A stretch of 64,000 bases of DNA from Azolla caroliniana (Eukaryota; Plantae; Polypodiophyta): assembly GCA_043228905.1 (NCBI GenBank), contig JBHGNT010000018.1, forward strand, positions 14,632,001-14,696,000, given 5' to 3'. The notes below the pieces were generated by a model that saw only the letters and a program-made list of their open reading frames with translations, searched no databases and had not been told where the DNA came from. The number at the start of each line of letters is the position of its first letter. The stretch's first letter is position 1. Below are positions 11,276-25,700 of this stretch, one piece after another. Position numbers and translations under genes: made by a program.

Positions 11276-14200
11276 TCCAACCCACCGTAAGTGATGACAC
11301 CTATAAGATGCACTTGGCTGCTGGAAGAGTACAATACATCATTGAGGCAATTCATTCATTAGGGATTTCCATTGATACTTATATAGAGGTAGTAGACTTC
11401 CATCTAATGAATCTTTGTACCACTAATGTAATACTCGGTTATCCCTAGTTTTATAATATAAGCTCTTCTTTATCTATTGATTGAGTTCACCATTCCATTA
11501 CCTTTGTATTGAATGATTTGTACTCATTTTATTCAATGTGTAAAAAAACAATCTCTTCGATTATTTCTTCTCCATCAATATTCGAGTTGTCTTATTCTTC
11601 TTTATTTTATTGTGTACTTCCGATCAGTCACGTTTATAATATCTATATTGTCTCGAATCATTTATTATATTTTGAACAACAACAACTCGATGAAATCTTA
11701 AATGATTTTCTTGATGTTTTCCCGAGTGAACAAACACATGGGTTACCTCCTAAACGTAATATACACCATCATATAGATATTATACTTGGCATTGCACTAA
11801 TAAGTAAACATCTGTATCACTTAAGCCGATCCGAAGAGGATGAGGCATCTAAGCAACTCAAGGACTATTTATGAATGGGTTATATACGTTATAGTAAATC
11901 TCCATGGGGTGCACCTGTTCTCTTGGTAAAAAAGAAAGGGGGCACATGGCATATGTGTATTAATTACTGACTCTTGAATCAAGTGACGATCAGGAATTCA
12001 TATACATTGCCCCGGGCTGACGATCTAATTGACTATCTCTAGGGAGCTCGGTATTTTACGAAACTTGACCCCCGTACAGGCTACCATCAAATTCATATAA
12101 GTGAAGAATATGTTCCTAAAACAACATTTCATATGCGCTATGGCCATTGTGAGTTTTTGGTCATGCCTTTCGGTTTGACCAATGCTCCGGCCACATTTCA
12201 AAAAGAAATGAATGACATGTTCCGAGAACAACTTGGAAAATTTGTCTTTATTTTCTTGGATGATATTCTAGTTTATAGCCGTACATTAGAAGAACATGCT
12301 AAACATGTCCGCTTTGTTTTACAAACATTGCGCGACAAGCAATTCTACTCGAAGATCTCAAAATGTGAGTTCTTCAAGAATAAATTACTTATATTGGACA
12401 TCACATAATCGAACGAGGAGTTGAAATTGATCCTTCTCGCATCAAGAAAGTCAAACTTTGGCCCAGTCTTTGGAATATTTGAGAAGTTCGATCATTCCTT
12501 GGTTTTGCTGGGTTTTTGGGAAAAACTCTTCATAATTACTCCCAATTAACGACGATGTTAATTGATCTTCTCAAAGGTCAAACGTGTAAGTCTACAAAAC
12601 CTATTGTGTGGAATGCTACACTAGACCTCGCCTTTAAGGAACTCAAGGACCTGGTGTGCAAGGGTCCTTTGCTTCTTTTACCAGATCCTTCAAAACCTTT
12701 TCAGGTAAAAACCAATGCAAGTGATTATGCTATAGGTGCCATCATATATCAAGATGGTAAACCAATAGCATTTGAGAGTAAGAAACTTGATTCTGCTCAG
12801 TGTCGGTATATTGTGCAAGAAAAGGAATTATTTGCAGTTATTCATGCGCTCAAGAAATGGTGCCATTATCTTTATGGAAATCGTTTTGTGGTAACTACGG
12901 ACCACATCCTTGAAATATTTTTGTGACCAACAAGACCTTAAAAGTTCGTAAGGCAGGATGGGCATATCTCATCTAGGATTTGGATTTTTCTATACGATAT
13001 CGTAAAGGTTTCATGAACATTGTCGCTGGTGCATTAAGTCGCATCCATGAAGTTACCATGCTTAGCTTCACTGAAATAACATCAGATCTTTATGATTACC
13101 TTTGCGGAAAGTATCATGATGATAGCTATTTTGTGAAATACTGGGCAAGAGTTGAGTCTGGAACAGACACCACCACATCCTCGAAGGAATCCTTCCACAT
13201 TGTTAATGGTATGCTTTACCGTAATGGGAAGGTTTGTGTTCCAGATTTTCATGAGGTCAAAAAGAATTATTTTTTTGAATGCCATGATGCACTCTCAGCA
13301 AGGCACCCTGGAATACATTGCACACTCGTTCTCATCTCCACTCAATTATATCAGCCTCAGATGCGTCTTGACGTACGTAGCTATGTGAGTAAATGTCACC
13401 AATGTTAGGTTAACAAATCCGAGCGACTTAAAACCATTGGACTTTTACATCCCTTGGACATTCCCAATGATAAGTGGGAAAGTATATCCATGGATTTTAT
13501 TGTTAGCCTTCCTCGCACCCAAAAAGGCCATGATGCCATCTGGGTTGTGGTTAATCGACGAACTGAAATGGCCAGACTTATTGCTACTAAAACCACGGTA
13601 ATAGCTCGTGAGTTGGCTTACCAATTCGTTTAGTTTTTATGGGTTACCGATGGATATCATGAGTGATTGAGATCCAAAGTTTACTAGGGATTTTTGGACA
13701 CAAATCTTTTAGAAGTTAGAAACTACATTGAGCATGAGCTCCACGGATCATCGTCAATGCGATGGACAGACAGAACAAGTAAATCAAATTATTGAGGACA
13801 TGATTCGAGCATATGTTGGTGCAAAATGTTATCTCCCAATTTTGGAGTTTGTTTATAATAGCTCGAAACATACATGGACGGGATATAGTCCTTTTATGTT
13901 GATGTATGGTTTTCAACTAGGAGCCCCAATCGATGTTAATATACATAATGATGAGTTGCGAAGTACGCAAAAATTTCTTCGGGATATGCAAGATATGTTG
14001 CATATTGCATAAGATAATATATAAATTGCTCAAGATAGAGCGTGTTTTTATGCTGATCATAATAGGCAACCTCGTGTATTCAACCCTGGACAGAAGGAAT
14101 TTTTTCGTGTAGGTCAGAATTCTAAGACATTGTCTACAGATAAGTGTGCGAAGTTAGCCCCACGGTTTTGAGGACCTTTTACAGTCCTCAAATGCAATGG

Positions 14201-15051
14201 TTCATCAGCCTATCATCTTGCTCTTCCTGATGGCATTGAAATCCATCCAGTTTTTCATGTACGTCATCTAAAAGTACTTCTAGGTTTTGGCGACAATACA
14301 GTTACAACTAAAACTATGGTTACTTCTGAAGAACTATCTTCTAAACCACATCTACCAAAAAGAATTCTCGATGTTAAAACAAAAAAATTGCGTTCTAAAA
14401 TAATCCGAGAATTTAAAATTAAATGGATGGATATATCTACCAAAGATGCCACATGGGAACGCGAAAATACTCTTAGAACTAACTTCCCTAACTTTTAATT
14501 GCAAGAGTGCAATGTTTTAAAGAGGGGGGGGAGTATGTTACAAGAATGACCATATAATATCCTGTGGATAAAGTGTGAGTGTTAAATGAGAGTGTAAAGA
14601 AGGGGAGGATTACTTTCAATCCTCGGGATTGAGACAACCCATTGGGCCAAGTGTGAACTTGCATACCGCAGTATTCTATACACGTGGATAAAGTGTGAGG
14701 GCTAAACGAGAGTGTAAAGAAGGGGAAGATTAGTTTTAATCCTCGGGATTGAGACAATCCATTAGGCCAAGTGTGAACTTGCATAGGGGCCTTGGGTCTG
14801 GCTATAAATATGAGGCCTAACTACCCTCATTTCATGATCTCTTGATTACGCCGAGACTCCGTTCTTGTGGTGGGTCAACTCTTGTAGTGAGCTTGCCAAC
14901 AGTAGGTACGACTCGACGCCGCGACGGTGGTATGGGACGCCTATCAAGGCTCGAGTTTGTCTCGATCCCTTTGTTTGGGGGTGGTCCGGTGGATCACCAC
15001 CCTTCTTTCTCTCTCTCCTTTCTTATTAATATATCTTTGTTATTCTTATCA
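11276..15051 (+). mobile_element. Ty3/gypsy chromovirus pol remnant with chromodomain and 3' LTR (~14536-15051)
   Basis: RT (FLVMPFGLTNAPATFQ, FLDDILVYS), RNase H (TNASDYAIGA), integrase, and chromodomain (PKRILD...FKIKW...DATWE, 14316-14498). PPT AGAGGGGGGGGAG precedes TGTTAC at 14536. The LTR end is approximate. Confidence 0.88.
14565..14785 (+). repeat. Two-copy ~120-bp tandem repeat within the chromovirus LTR
   Basis: TGGATAAAGTGTGAG...GGCCAAGTGTGAACTTGCATA occurs at 14565 and again at 14685. Confidence 0.85.
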
Positions 15052-15964
15052 TATGCTTACATTAGTAGTTAGCTCTAACAATTCTGAAGAAAGCACACCA
15101 AAAGTTAACTCTGCCCCCAGTGTTGTTCGAGCTTCTTCGTCATCTGTGGAACTTGATGACCCAGACTCAGACATTTTTGTGACTTCCTTCTTGGCATGCC
15201 TTGAGTGTGAGGCAACCTTTTTTGGTGTTGCCTTGATGGGAGATGGTGAGGCCTCTTTCAATGTTACATGGCCCTGAATGTATAACGTCAGTGTAGTGAT
15301 CAAGTTATTTGTAGTCTCAATTGCAATGTTAAAAGATTCTGGACTACATGAATATTTGACTAAGAGATCTTCGGAGACATACATTTTCCGAACTCCCTTT
15401 CAACAGTCCACTAGAAGAATAAGGTTTTGGGAGTCGGGGTCTTCATAGTTCACCCTCAAGATTTGTTCATAACTGAAAGGACGGTCTTTACCAAGTTGTC
15501 CATGCCCCATATTCCGAGTTGTGAAGAGTACTACTTTCTTGTGAGAGAGAACATACTGCTTTATTTGATATCTTTATTTGAAAGGGTTTCCCCTCCAACT
15601 GCAACCATAGTTTCCTTCTAACTAACCTCATCAAAAGGCTACCTAACAATAACTTTGTCAAATAAGAGTTTTTCCCCTTTCTGGGGATAGGTGATGACAA
15701 GGATGTAGGTGGACGCAGGGGACAAGCTCTTTAGCATCTTCTATGAATCACAACCCTATCTAAAAGCATTCATTTTGAGCTCTAAAGTTTCTATTTACAT
15801 TAGTTTTTGAGCCTAATTTTAGGGTTTTTTGCTAGTTAAAATGAACTAAAGATGACATAGCCTTTAGTTTTGAAGAAATGCAACTCATGTTGATACATTG
15901 TATCCAATTGCAGTCCAAACTCGATACATTGTACCGAGTTGGAGTCCAAACTCTATACATTGTA

Positions 15965-18749
15965 TAAAGTTGAGTGGACTGAATCCGGACTGGTTGAGCT
16001 GGAGTGGTCAACTAGATGATGAGCCGACGAGTAGTGAAGACTCGGTCGTGCTCTCCCCGTGCAAGGAACTAAGGAGATGGTTCATGTGCAATGAAAAGGG
16101 GAAGAAGAAGAAGATGCCAGAGTATGACACCGGCAAAGATGAGTCGGATTGGAGTGGATCTGACTGCGGACAAAATAGAGACAAACCTTTGGAAGAGAAG
16201 TCCGAGCTGGCCAAGATCCACCTACCAGAAGAACCCCGTGAAGAGGTACGGGTACAATGAGTATATGGTGCATCATTATGCATACATGGTGAATGTGGCA
16301 GCCGTGCGTAAGCCGGAGAGCTACGTAGAAGCGGCTAAGGATCCGAACTGGTGGAAGGCCATGGAGGAAGTGATGCACACACTCAAGGAAAATGAGATGT
16401 GTGATTTAGTGGATGTACCAAAAGGAGTGAAGCCGGCCGGTTCCCGATGGGTATACAAGGTAAAATACAACACTAACAACTTCGTTAACAGGTACAAGAC
16501 CCGGTTAGTGGCCAAGGGTTATGTGCAACATCATGACATCATCTACGATGAGACGTTCGCGCCGGTCACAAAGATGATGACCGTCCCTGTCTGGCTAGCG
16601 GGGGCAGCGGCGAAGGGGTGGCATCTACATCAGGTGGATGGGAAAAATGTGTTTTTGCAAGGTGATCTTGAGGAATAGGTGATTATGTTTCAGCTCCCCG
16701 GATTTCAGTCCGGAATGAATACATCGGCAGTGTGCCCATTCAAGAAGTCCCTCTACGAACTCAAGTAGGCCCTGCACGCCTAGAATGCAAAGATCACACA
16801 GCGACTGTGTCTGATGGGGTTTTTCTCCATCAAAATCAGACTCTTCCGTCTTCATCCGGTAAGGTGGGAATGGGCCGGTTAGTATCTTACTTTATGATGA
16901 TAATTTAGTCATTGTCGGCGCTACCCTAGACGAAATCGATCGTGTCAAGTCCCAACTAATGGCATTGTTTGACATCAAGGATCTTGGGGACCTTCATTAC
17001 TTCCTCGGGATAGAAGTGACCCACAACCCCGAAGGCATACTGATAAGCCAGAGGCATTATGTGCTGAGTATGCTCTTCAAATTCGGTATGACGGAATGGA
17101 AATCCGTCTCGACTCCTCTAGACCGGAATGTGAAGCTTTGCCCCAACTCCGGAACAACATGCGACCCGGAAAGGTTCCGATAGATAGTTGGAAGCCTTAT
17201 TTTCCTAACCATGACCCACCCGGACCTCCATTATCCGGTCGGACTGATCAGTCAAATTATGGTGCATCCAACCGTGGAGCACTAGGGGCAGGGGGTTGCT
17301 GTGTCGGATCGGTGTAGCTGGACAACTTGTCGGCTACACGGATGCCGATTGGGCCGGAAATGCCGCCGACGGTCTACATCCGAATATGCGTTTTCACTTG
17401 GAAGTGTCACGGTCGTCGGGAGCACTGTCGAGCACGGAGGCCGAGTATCAAGGAGCGGTTGTCGTAACATGCGCAACCAGATGCCTCACGTGGCTCCTGA
17501 AGGATTTGCGAGTGGAGGTGTCTAATTCGACAAAGATCTATTGCGAAAACCTCAACAACATCTAGTTGGCAAAGAGCCCTATCTTTCACGCCTGGACTAA
17601 GCACATCAAGGTGCACTATCATTTTGTACTAGAGCGTGTTCTCTCTCGTAAAGTGGAACTACTACATGTTCCGATGGATCGGTAGGTAGCCGACATCTTC
17701 ACTAAACCCCTCGGCCTAGACAAGTTGCGACAATTTTTCAATGTAATGGGTGTGTAGTACTTTGATATGCCGAACTTGAGGGGGAGGAATGAAGACGATG
17801 GCCGAAAAGCCAAGTTGGAAACTGATTTCGATTTCGGCATGATTGAAGAAGTCGGAGTGCACAGGACAACTGAGAAAGCCGAAACCGGACGCAGGGGGAG
17901 GCAAAGCCAGGAAGACCAAGACACGGACATGGTCCGATGTCGTGAAGGGTCTAAAGATTGAGGACGAGTTGGACACAACCAATTCAGAAAAGAGCTCGAA
18001 CGAATAAGAGGCAACCGATTCTGAAGAGGATCTTGATTCGGAGGAGTAGGATCAACTGAAGGCCAAATGGGCGAGGAGGCAGCGGAAGTCGACATTGACC
18101 ATAGAGGAACCGATGGGTTGAGAAGCGCCGAAGTCGCAACAACGAAGGAGCTGAGAAGGGCATTATGAGAAAACAAAGCTACCGAGAAGGTCGAGGTGCG
18201 CGAAACCGGATGTGTCGCGGCAAGCAGAACTGAACCAGACGTGAAGCGCGAGCCAAGCAAGAAGACGCCAGATGGAGCCGGAGAAGAGGACCGACAGACA
18301 CAAACACAGACACTGCGATCCGACCTCAAGTTGAGCTTGAGGGGGAGTGTTGAACGGGCAAGCTCAACCGGATCTGGATTGGCTGATTAAGCCAAAGTCG
18401 GATCGGAGTACAAAATGAAGAGCCAGATTGGATCGTAACTGGTAGGCCGTTAGAGGCCTACGAATCTAGCCTAATATGTAGGCAGATTCCTTGGAGTTAG
18501 TGTCAGTCGCTCGTATCAGCATTGAAGTACATGTTAGTACGTACTTCTGTCAGTCTGTGTAAGGATTTGTATAAAAGTGCTCATTGAGCACATTGTATGT
18601 GGAGCGTGTTATTGTTTTGAATGAAGTTTTCTATTCTGCCCTCTCTGTCTCTCCTGTGTATCCAAGGTTCCATTAAACTTGTGTCTGTGTTTTGCTATTA
18701 TCCGGACTAGCCAGTTTTGTCTTAGCTTCCGCACATTATCTTCTTTACA
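15965..18749 (+). mobile_element. Ty1/copia family C2, 3' half, decayed, with 3' LTR 18348-18749
   Basis: RT (WVYKVK...RYKTRLVAKG...FLQGDLEE; DLGDLHYFLGIEV), RNase H (GYTDADWAG), PPT TTGAGGGGGAG, LTR TGTTGA...TTTACA. Confidence 0.88.
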
Positions 18750-19184
18750 TGAGTAGACATTGTCTAACCTAGTAAAGCACAATCGAGGCCGATTTGATAG
18801 AGATTCCACTTTGAGCAGTTGCGATCACAAAAGCGAGGTACCACCGATTGGCTTACCCTAAGAGTGATTCAGTTCGGTAGAGTGCAAATCCTCTATTTTC
18901 TTTCTCTTCTCTAGATAAGATCTTGAACTCAGGTTCTTCAAGGAAGACAAGGCAAGAATGTTGTTGAAGACTAATGACGGCATGCAGAGAGTTGAAGAAC
19001 CTCGTGCTTTGATACTAGGAGTTGAAGAACCTCGTGCTTTGATACTTGGAACCTTGCGTTTAATACTTGAAGAATGTTAGGAATTGAGACCGGAATTGCG
19101 GAAACATCAACAATACCTTGAAATGAAGATCACTGAGTTAGCATATGTATGCAATATAAAATAGAGAATCTGAGAGAGAGATTA

Positions 19185-19830
19185 TCAAGAACCCAAAAAT
19201 GACTGACCAAAATAAACATATTCAGGTTTTGTATCACTTTATAAAAGAACATGTCAAGAACATAACCTCGACATCAACTATACTTGTACTCAAGATATGT
19301 TAGTTGGCTTCTTAACCAAGCCTGTTCCAAGTATTAAACATTGGGATTGTTGCAAGCATATAGGGCCGAGTCTATCTCGCTAATCGATAGGTATTAGAGT
19401 TAAGGGGGTGTGGTGACACTAACTCTAATATTAATAAAAACTAAGAGTTTAGGCAACATTATCTAAAAATAGATGTGACGGTTCCAAATGCAAACTATGG
19501 TGTGATAATCAATAATGTGTTAAGATCATTAAGAACCCAAAAATTACTCTGAAAAATAAACATATTGAGGCTCTATATCACTTTATAATAGAATTCATCG
19601 AACAACATAACCTTGAGACCAACTATACCCCTACTCAAGATATGTGGGTTGATTTCTTAACCAAGCTGGTTCCAAGTATTAAACATTGGAACTGTTGCAA
19701 GCATATTGGGCTGAGTGTCTCTCGGTAATCTATAGGTATTATTGTATTGAAAATATCTCTAATATTAATAAAAACTAACTCTAGTGGTAATAAAAACTAA
19801 CAGTTTAGGTAGTACTATCTAAAAATAGAT
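19185..19830 (+). repeat. Tandem duplication (~343-bp period) of a copia RNase H C-terminus plus downstream sequence
   Basis: Units begin AACCCAAAAA at ~19190 and ~19533 and translate approximately as NKHI.VLYHFI...TQDM...FLTKPVP. The first unit is followed by PPT-like TTAAGGGGG. Confidence 0.7.
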
Positions 19831-20994
19831 GTTAGATTGTTACAATTGCAACAATCACATTTCATATGTATTTAAAGGACAAGATCAACACATATTTAAG
19901 TGTGTGTACATCTAAACATATGTATACAAGTTCATAGTTTAATTTGATATCTATTTTACTTTCTACCCGTGTCTCCATCTCCTTCAATGACATAATCCTT
20001 AATATGGCTGTCGAAAAGCAGATGTTTGTAAAGTTAGAAGTGTCATTCTTGAAATGTGTGTCAATGTGTTTGCAATGTTCAAATTAAAGGCTCCTGAATT
20101 AAAAACTTTGTTGGTTCCAGAGCTTACTCTGTTTTTGCTATAGAGAGATTAATGGCTATGGCAATGGAAGAGAGTACTATGTTTATAGGGTGAAAGTATT
20201 GTGTGTGTACTTGAGTGGTTGCATTCTAGAAAGGAAATCTTCCTCCTCATAAGAAGCTCAATTTGTGAAGATGATAGGTAATATGTCGCATTCTCTTTTT
20301 CATATCTTCGGGATATGTTAAAAAATGTCATATTTTAGCATTCGATAGTAATAGACACAACGCATGCGCACATGCTTTCCAAAACTTACCAAAATTTCGA
20401 AGTAAATAAAATCAAGACCATAAAATAAATAGAACGAAAAATTTTAGGTCATATATTTTACTCAAATATTATATAAGGTATAAAGTTCAAACCAGAACAA
20501 TTGAAATGTATGTCATTGTGCACAATACATAAATCATACCCCCTCTAATAATTGTCTTCTACTTATCCTTTATTTATATTTACATATAATTTATCTTTCA
20601 AGAAGTTGAGGAGATTGCATGTAAGAGTTCCTCTTGTGTGAAATATTTTGGCGACACATGCACGTGACACCGTAAACGTTGAATGAAATCAGTATATAAT
20701 AACATTCCAATATTATGTTTAAATAAATGAGAACTAAATCAATGAGGAATTTGTGTATAAGATAAAATTTATCAAACAATCCATAATGATTCTCTTCTGC
20801 TATTTTTTTACGTAGTACCGTCAATGCATTCATTAACCAATCAACACGAACATGTACCAACAATTAACGAGTTAACATGAACACATATCAACCCATACAA
20901 TACATAAACTATATATGTTCAAATTATACAAATAATCCAAATTATAAGCTAGAAGTTAGACATGTGCATAGGTAATATAATACTTTAACTAAAC

Positions 20995-21185
20995 GTTGAA
21001 CAAGGCATACAACAAAATCTCAAATGATATATTATGTCAAATTGAAAGTTGTGTAATGAATATTGTACAAGTTATACAAGGATTGTTTCTAAAATATATG
21101 TTGAACAAGAGATACAACAAAAACTCGTGATTATGTATTGTCAAATTGAAAGTTATACAATGAATATTGTTCAAGTTATACAAGT
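20995..21185 (+). repeat. Two-copy ~106-bp tandem repeat in the transposon subterminal region
   Basis: GTTGAACAAG...TGTCAAATTGAAAGTT...CAAGTTATACAAG at ~20995 and 21101. Confidence 0.75.
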
Positions 21186-21207
21186 TTTAGTTTCTAAATT
21201 TAATATT

Positions 21208-22456
21208 CTAATCTAAAAGTAAGTTTGGGAGGGGGGGCTCAACATGATCCACAGTTTGAGACTCCGAAACATGCTCTAGGTCTACGAGGTCCCCTACTTC
21301 TTCATCTATAGGCTTCATAGGTTCTTGACATGTCATTTGGAACATCTCTATTTCATTGATTTGCTTTGCCCCGACTTCTTGGTCTTGATTGGGACAATCC
21401 CAAATACCTTGGATCCTCATTTTGATCAAGTTTTGGAACACAGTTCCGGAACATCTTTAATAAATAAACTTTGTTACACCAACTAAATACTAGACTATAT
21501 GTTCATTTAAAGTAAAGACTAAAACTATATACCTGTCCTAGAAAACAAATCTAAAACCTAATCGTTTGGGTTTGAGAATAGTTCGATTAGACGGTTTATA
21601 AGTCTTTGCAGTTTTTGGTATGTGTTTATGAGACTTTTATCACCAGAAACATGGTGTAGTTTCTTCCTCACAGTTGGGCACATAATATAGTTCAAGACAT
21701 TTCTCTCATTCACATGTCCCCATGCCTTTTTCTTCGTGATAGCATCGTAATACCCCACTCAAAGATGTTTGACCGCAATAACCATTCTACCTCCTGGGCT
21801 TCGTGTGATGTTTGTTTTGATCCTATTTAAAATGTAAAATAATGGTGTTTAGAATACATTTTGCACATATCAAAACAACTTTCTCTAATAAAAATAACTT
21901 GTAACTTACGAATGCATATGCTTAGTAGCATGACAATGTGACTTCAATGCAGTTGTGATGGACAATGATTGACCCATGCTATTAAATAATACAATTCTCC
22001 ACAATTCGGCGAAGTCCTTTACCATCTTCTCGATTTGGGGGTACTTATATGGCACATCATCATATGTAGATCTCGTAATTAACAATCCATATGGTATATA
22101 AGCTATCAAGAGTGTGTAGTGCCTCTTAGGTAATATTTTTAGCATATCACCCACTTGCCCATTAAATATGCTATAGTACAATTGCCGGAAAGGGTCGCCC
22201 CTATGCAAGAAACTTTCGATAGTTTTTGAATCCTCGGGCGTCTCCAACTCCTTTCCTTTTGTCATCCGCTTTTCATACTTTGCACGTTCTAAATGTGTAA
22301 TGAAGGAACTTGGGATTCCTTCATTACGATCACCTACACTTTTGGAGCGAGGCGGTTTTTGCAATGATCAATATGATTAGGAAATACCATAACAAAGAAA
22401 TCAATTAAAAGTATAAAGACACATCCCCATTATCGAAACACAATGAAAAATTCCTT
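21208..22456 (-). pseudogene. Beta-class amino (N4-cytosine/N6-adenine) DNA methyltransferase domain, spliced, decayed (3' part of cargo gene)
   Basis: Motif IV-like YTLLIAYIPYG (YIPYG at 22086-22100; GAT>TAT would restore DIPY). Intron 21909-21823 (GTAAGT...TAG) joins HMHS/IKTN...RMVIAVKHL*VGYY. Then INTYQKLQRLINRLIELFSNPND*VLDLFSRTG (motif X/I, to 21533), followed by a GT donor. Confidence 0.78.
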
Positions 22457-22753
22457 TGTAAAAGAATATGTGTGCGGAAGCGTATGCGTAAGAAAACACA
22501 GAGAGTACACGGTTCGGAAGTACGACAGTTCGGTAAAACACAAAAATCATAGAGAGAGAGAGAGAGAGCAGAAACACAAAACTATATTGCAAAATAATTC
22601 TCTATGTTCTCTATATTACATATTTCGTGCTCAGTAAGCAGCTTATGTACAAGCTCTAACTATCGGGCTGACACAAGTACTGTTAGTACTTGACTGCTCA
22701 TAAATGAGCCTTCTACACTAACTCCCAAAACTATTCCTTACGAGGAATAACGT

Positions 22754-25700
22754 TGTCGTGTGGGGCGTGACACACATGCCAAACGTCAGAATGTGCGTGT
22801 CACAAGCGCGGACAAGCACTGGGCCTCTATCCGCTAGTGGTTATGGATGATGGGCGGCTGAAGTGATGCACTAATGTGGTTAGAGTGAGAGAGAGAGAAT
22901 TAGAAATTGAGGAAGTTTTTAAGATAGATAGGTAGATAGATACACATCACCAATAAGATAACTAAGTTTTCTTATTATTAATTTTCGATTTGATACATAG
23001 ATTGATTCATAGATTGTTCAATTCATCCATTGATTGACCTCCCCCCATTACACAAGCCTTACGAGGGTTTTTATGGGTTTATCTATCCTTCTAACATGCA
23101 CAAAACCATGGGCTTGAACCCATGGTTTTCAGGCACGGTTTTCCTTGTGGCATGCACAAAACCATAGGCTAAAACCATGGTTTCGTGTACACGGTTTTGT
23201 ATGTTTGTTTCCTATGGAATACTAAATATGAGAAGGAAATATACAAAATTTACAACACTTAGTAGTAGCTTTAGTGGTAAGATAATTGCTTCCTATCTTA
23301 GAAGTGCAAGGTTCAAATCTTGCTTGCACCCTTTTATATGCACTTGAATGTCATAAGACCCTAGGCTAATTTTCATATTTATAATCATGTGTATAATGTG
23401 TGTGGAGCCACACTATTTCACAATTTCTCCCATTGGACACAGAACATCACAACATCCACCCCCACCAAACCGCACATCCTCCGGCATGTGCCAAGAAGAA
23501 AAGAGTGATGTGGCGGAGTCAAAAGGTGGTTTGTCTTTGATTTCCTCCTTCCTTACGCGTCGTCCTTTGTCCTCCGTTATAAGTACATGCATTCCTTCCA
23601 CCCGATCAACCTATCATTTGATCGCCTTTCGCATTTCCATGACCACTTGTCGTAGCCCCTTTTGCTCCTCTTGAGCGTAACTCTTCATGCATCCTACATG
23701 TGCCGCCTTCATCTCGACCATCTCCTTGGTCATCAAACTTCCTTGGATCGTCTTTTCTCATCTTATGCTTGCTTTTCCTCATGCTCACAACATCAACATT
23801 ATCATTAGACACATCCCAAACCATCCTAACATTTTGTAGATTATCCTCAATACTATCAACTTTAATCCTGTCCTTCCCACACATACTCACAACTTCAACA
23901 TCATCATGATATTCATCCCAAATAATATTTTCTAGATTTTCCATACTTATACCCTTGTAATCATTATGTAACCCCATGTCATCATGGAGATATTTGTGTA
24001 GAATGTCCTCATCATCACAAATCCCTATTCTATTTTCATAATGGATGTCCTCATGAATGTCACCATTTGATCTAGTGAAACTCTTATAAAATCTATCCTG
24101 AAGAAAACCAAGGCAGCCTAAAACACACAATTCCTCTTCGTCACTCTCACCCTCATCATTACGCTTATCATAACCATATCCACAAAAAGTGCATAACTTT
24201 TTACCATCATAACCCTCATTCTCCTTACGGCACTCACTCTTACCATCAATAATACGCTCTCCCTTACTATCATCAAGCCCTAAATCATCATCATCATTAC
24301 ATTTAAATGTAAAGTTTTTATTCCTTCCTAATTCCGTTCTTGTTCGTGGTTCTCATTAAACCTATCATACTTGTCATAAGATTTTAAACCATGAAAGTCT
24401 TGATCCCAACTACTCTCACCGTCACAACTTTCGTTGAGTGTGTTTTCATTAGCACAACCATGAAGAGCTTGATTCCTCCTCTTGTGTTCACAGTAATCTT
24501 TGTCACGATCATAACCTTGTAGATCTCGAGCACTCTTTGTGAGTTTGTAATGATCTTTGTCTTTGTCATGACCGTGTAGATCTTGATTGGTCTCCTCAAG
24601 CCCACGTTCTTTGTCAAATGTCTATTCACCATAACATCCTTGAGTATCTTCAACTTTCCTTACGAGCCCACTTTCTTCACTGAAAGTCTCTTCATAACCG
24701 CATCCTTGAGTATCTTGGTCATTCCCCTCGAATTGATGTTCTTCATTGCTTGTCTCTCTATGATTGCATCCTTCTCGATCTTCCCTCTTAAGCCCATGTT
24801 CTTCATCACGTGTCTCTTCACGACTGCAACTACGCCGATCTTGATCATCTTCATCGTTGTCACCGTCGAGCAAACCATGAAAAGATTGAGGCCCGAAACT
24901 TGATGTTAGAAACGCTTCGTACAAATCCGGAACTTCTTGATATAGTCTTTCAACTTGAGATACTCCAACGTTCTACCCTTTTCATCATGCAACATCATTT
25001 CGATGGCTTTCCTTACCAATGGAAGCATCTCGAGCCTCAGACCACCTTGTATTCTTATCGACTCCTCTAAGTCGTACGCTGCCAAGATCGCATCCTCCAT
25101 TCGTAATGCCCCCATAACCACCTTGTGTTGTTCACGTCGGGTTCACCAATTGATGTCGTGTGGCGCGTGACACACGTGCCAAACGTCTAAATGTGCGCGT
25201 CACAAGTGCGGACAAGCACCGGGCCTCTATCCGCTAGTGGTTATGGATGATGGGCGGCTGAAGTGACCCACTAATGTGGTTAGAGTGAGAGAGAGAGAAA
25301 CAGAAATTGAGGAAGTTTTTAAGATAGATAGGTAGATAGATACACATCACCAATAAGATAACTAAGTTTTCTTATTATTAATTTTCGATTTGATACATAG
25401 ATTGATTCATAGATTGTTCGATTCATCCATTGATTGATCCCCCCCATTACACAACCCTTATGAGGGTTTTTATAGGTTTATTTATCCTTCTAACATGCAC
25501 AAAACCATGGGCTTGAACCCATGGTTTTCGGGCACACGGTTTTCCTTGTGGCATGCACAAAACCATAGGCTAAAACCATGGTTTCGTGTACACGGTTTTG
25601 TATGTTTGTTTCCTATGGAATACTAAATATGAGAAGGAAATATATTAGATACAATATCTAAAGCACTTAGTAGTAGCTTTAGTGGTAAGATAATTGCTTC

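Noticed and set aside
15052-15900. Short minus-strand ORFs (111 aa, 70 aa)
   Set aside because: No identifiable domain; probably decayed TE accessory sequence.
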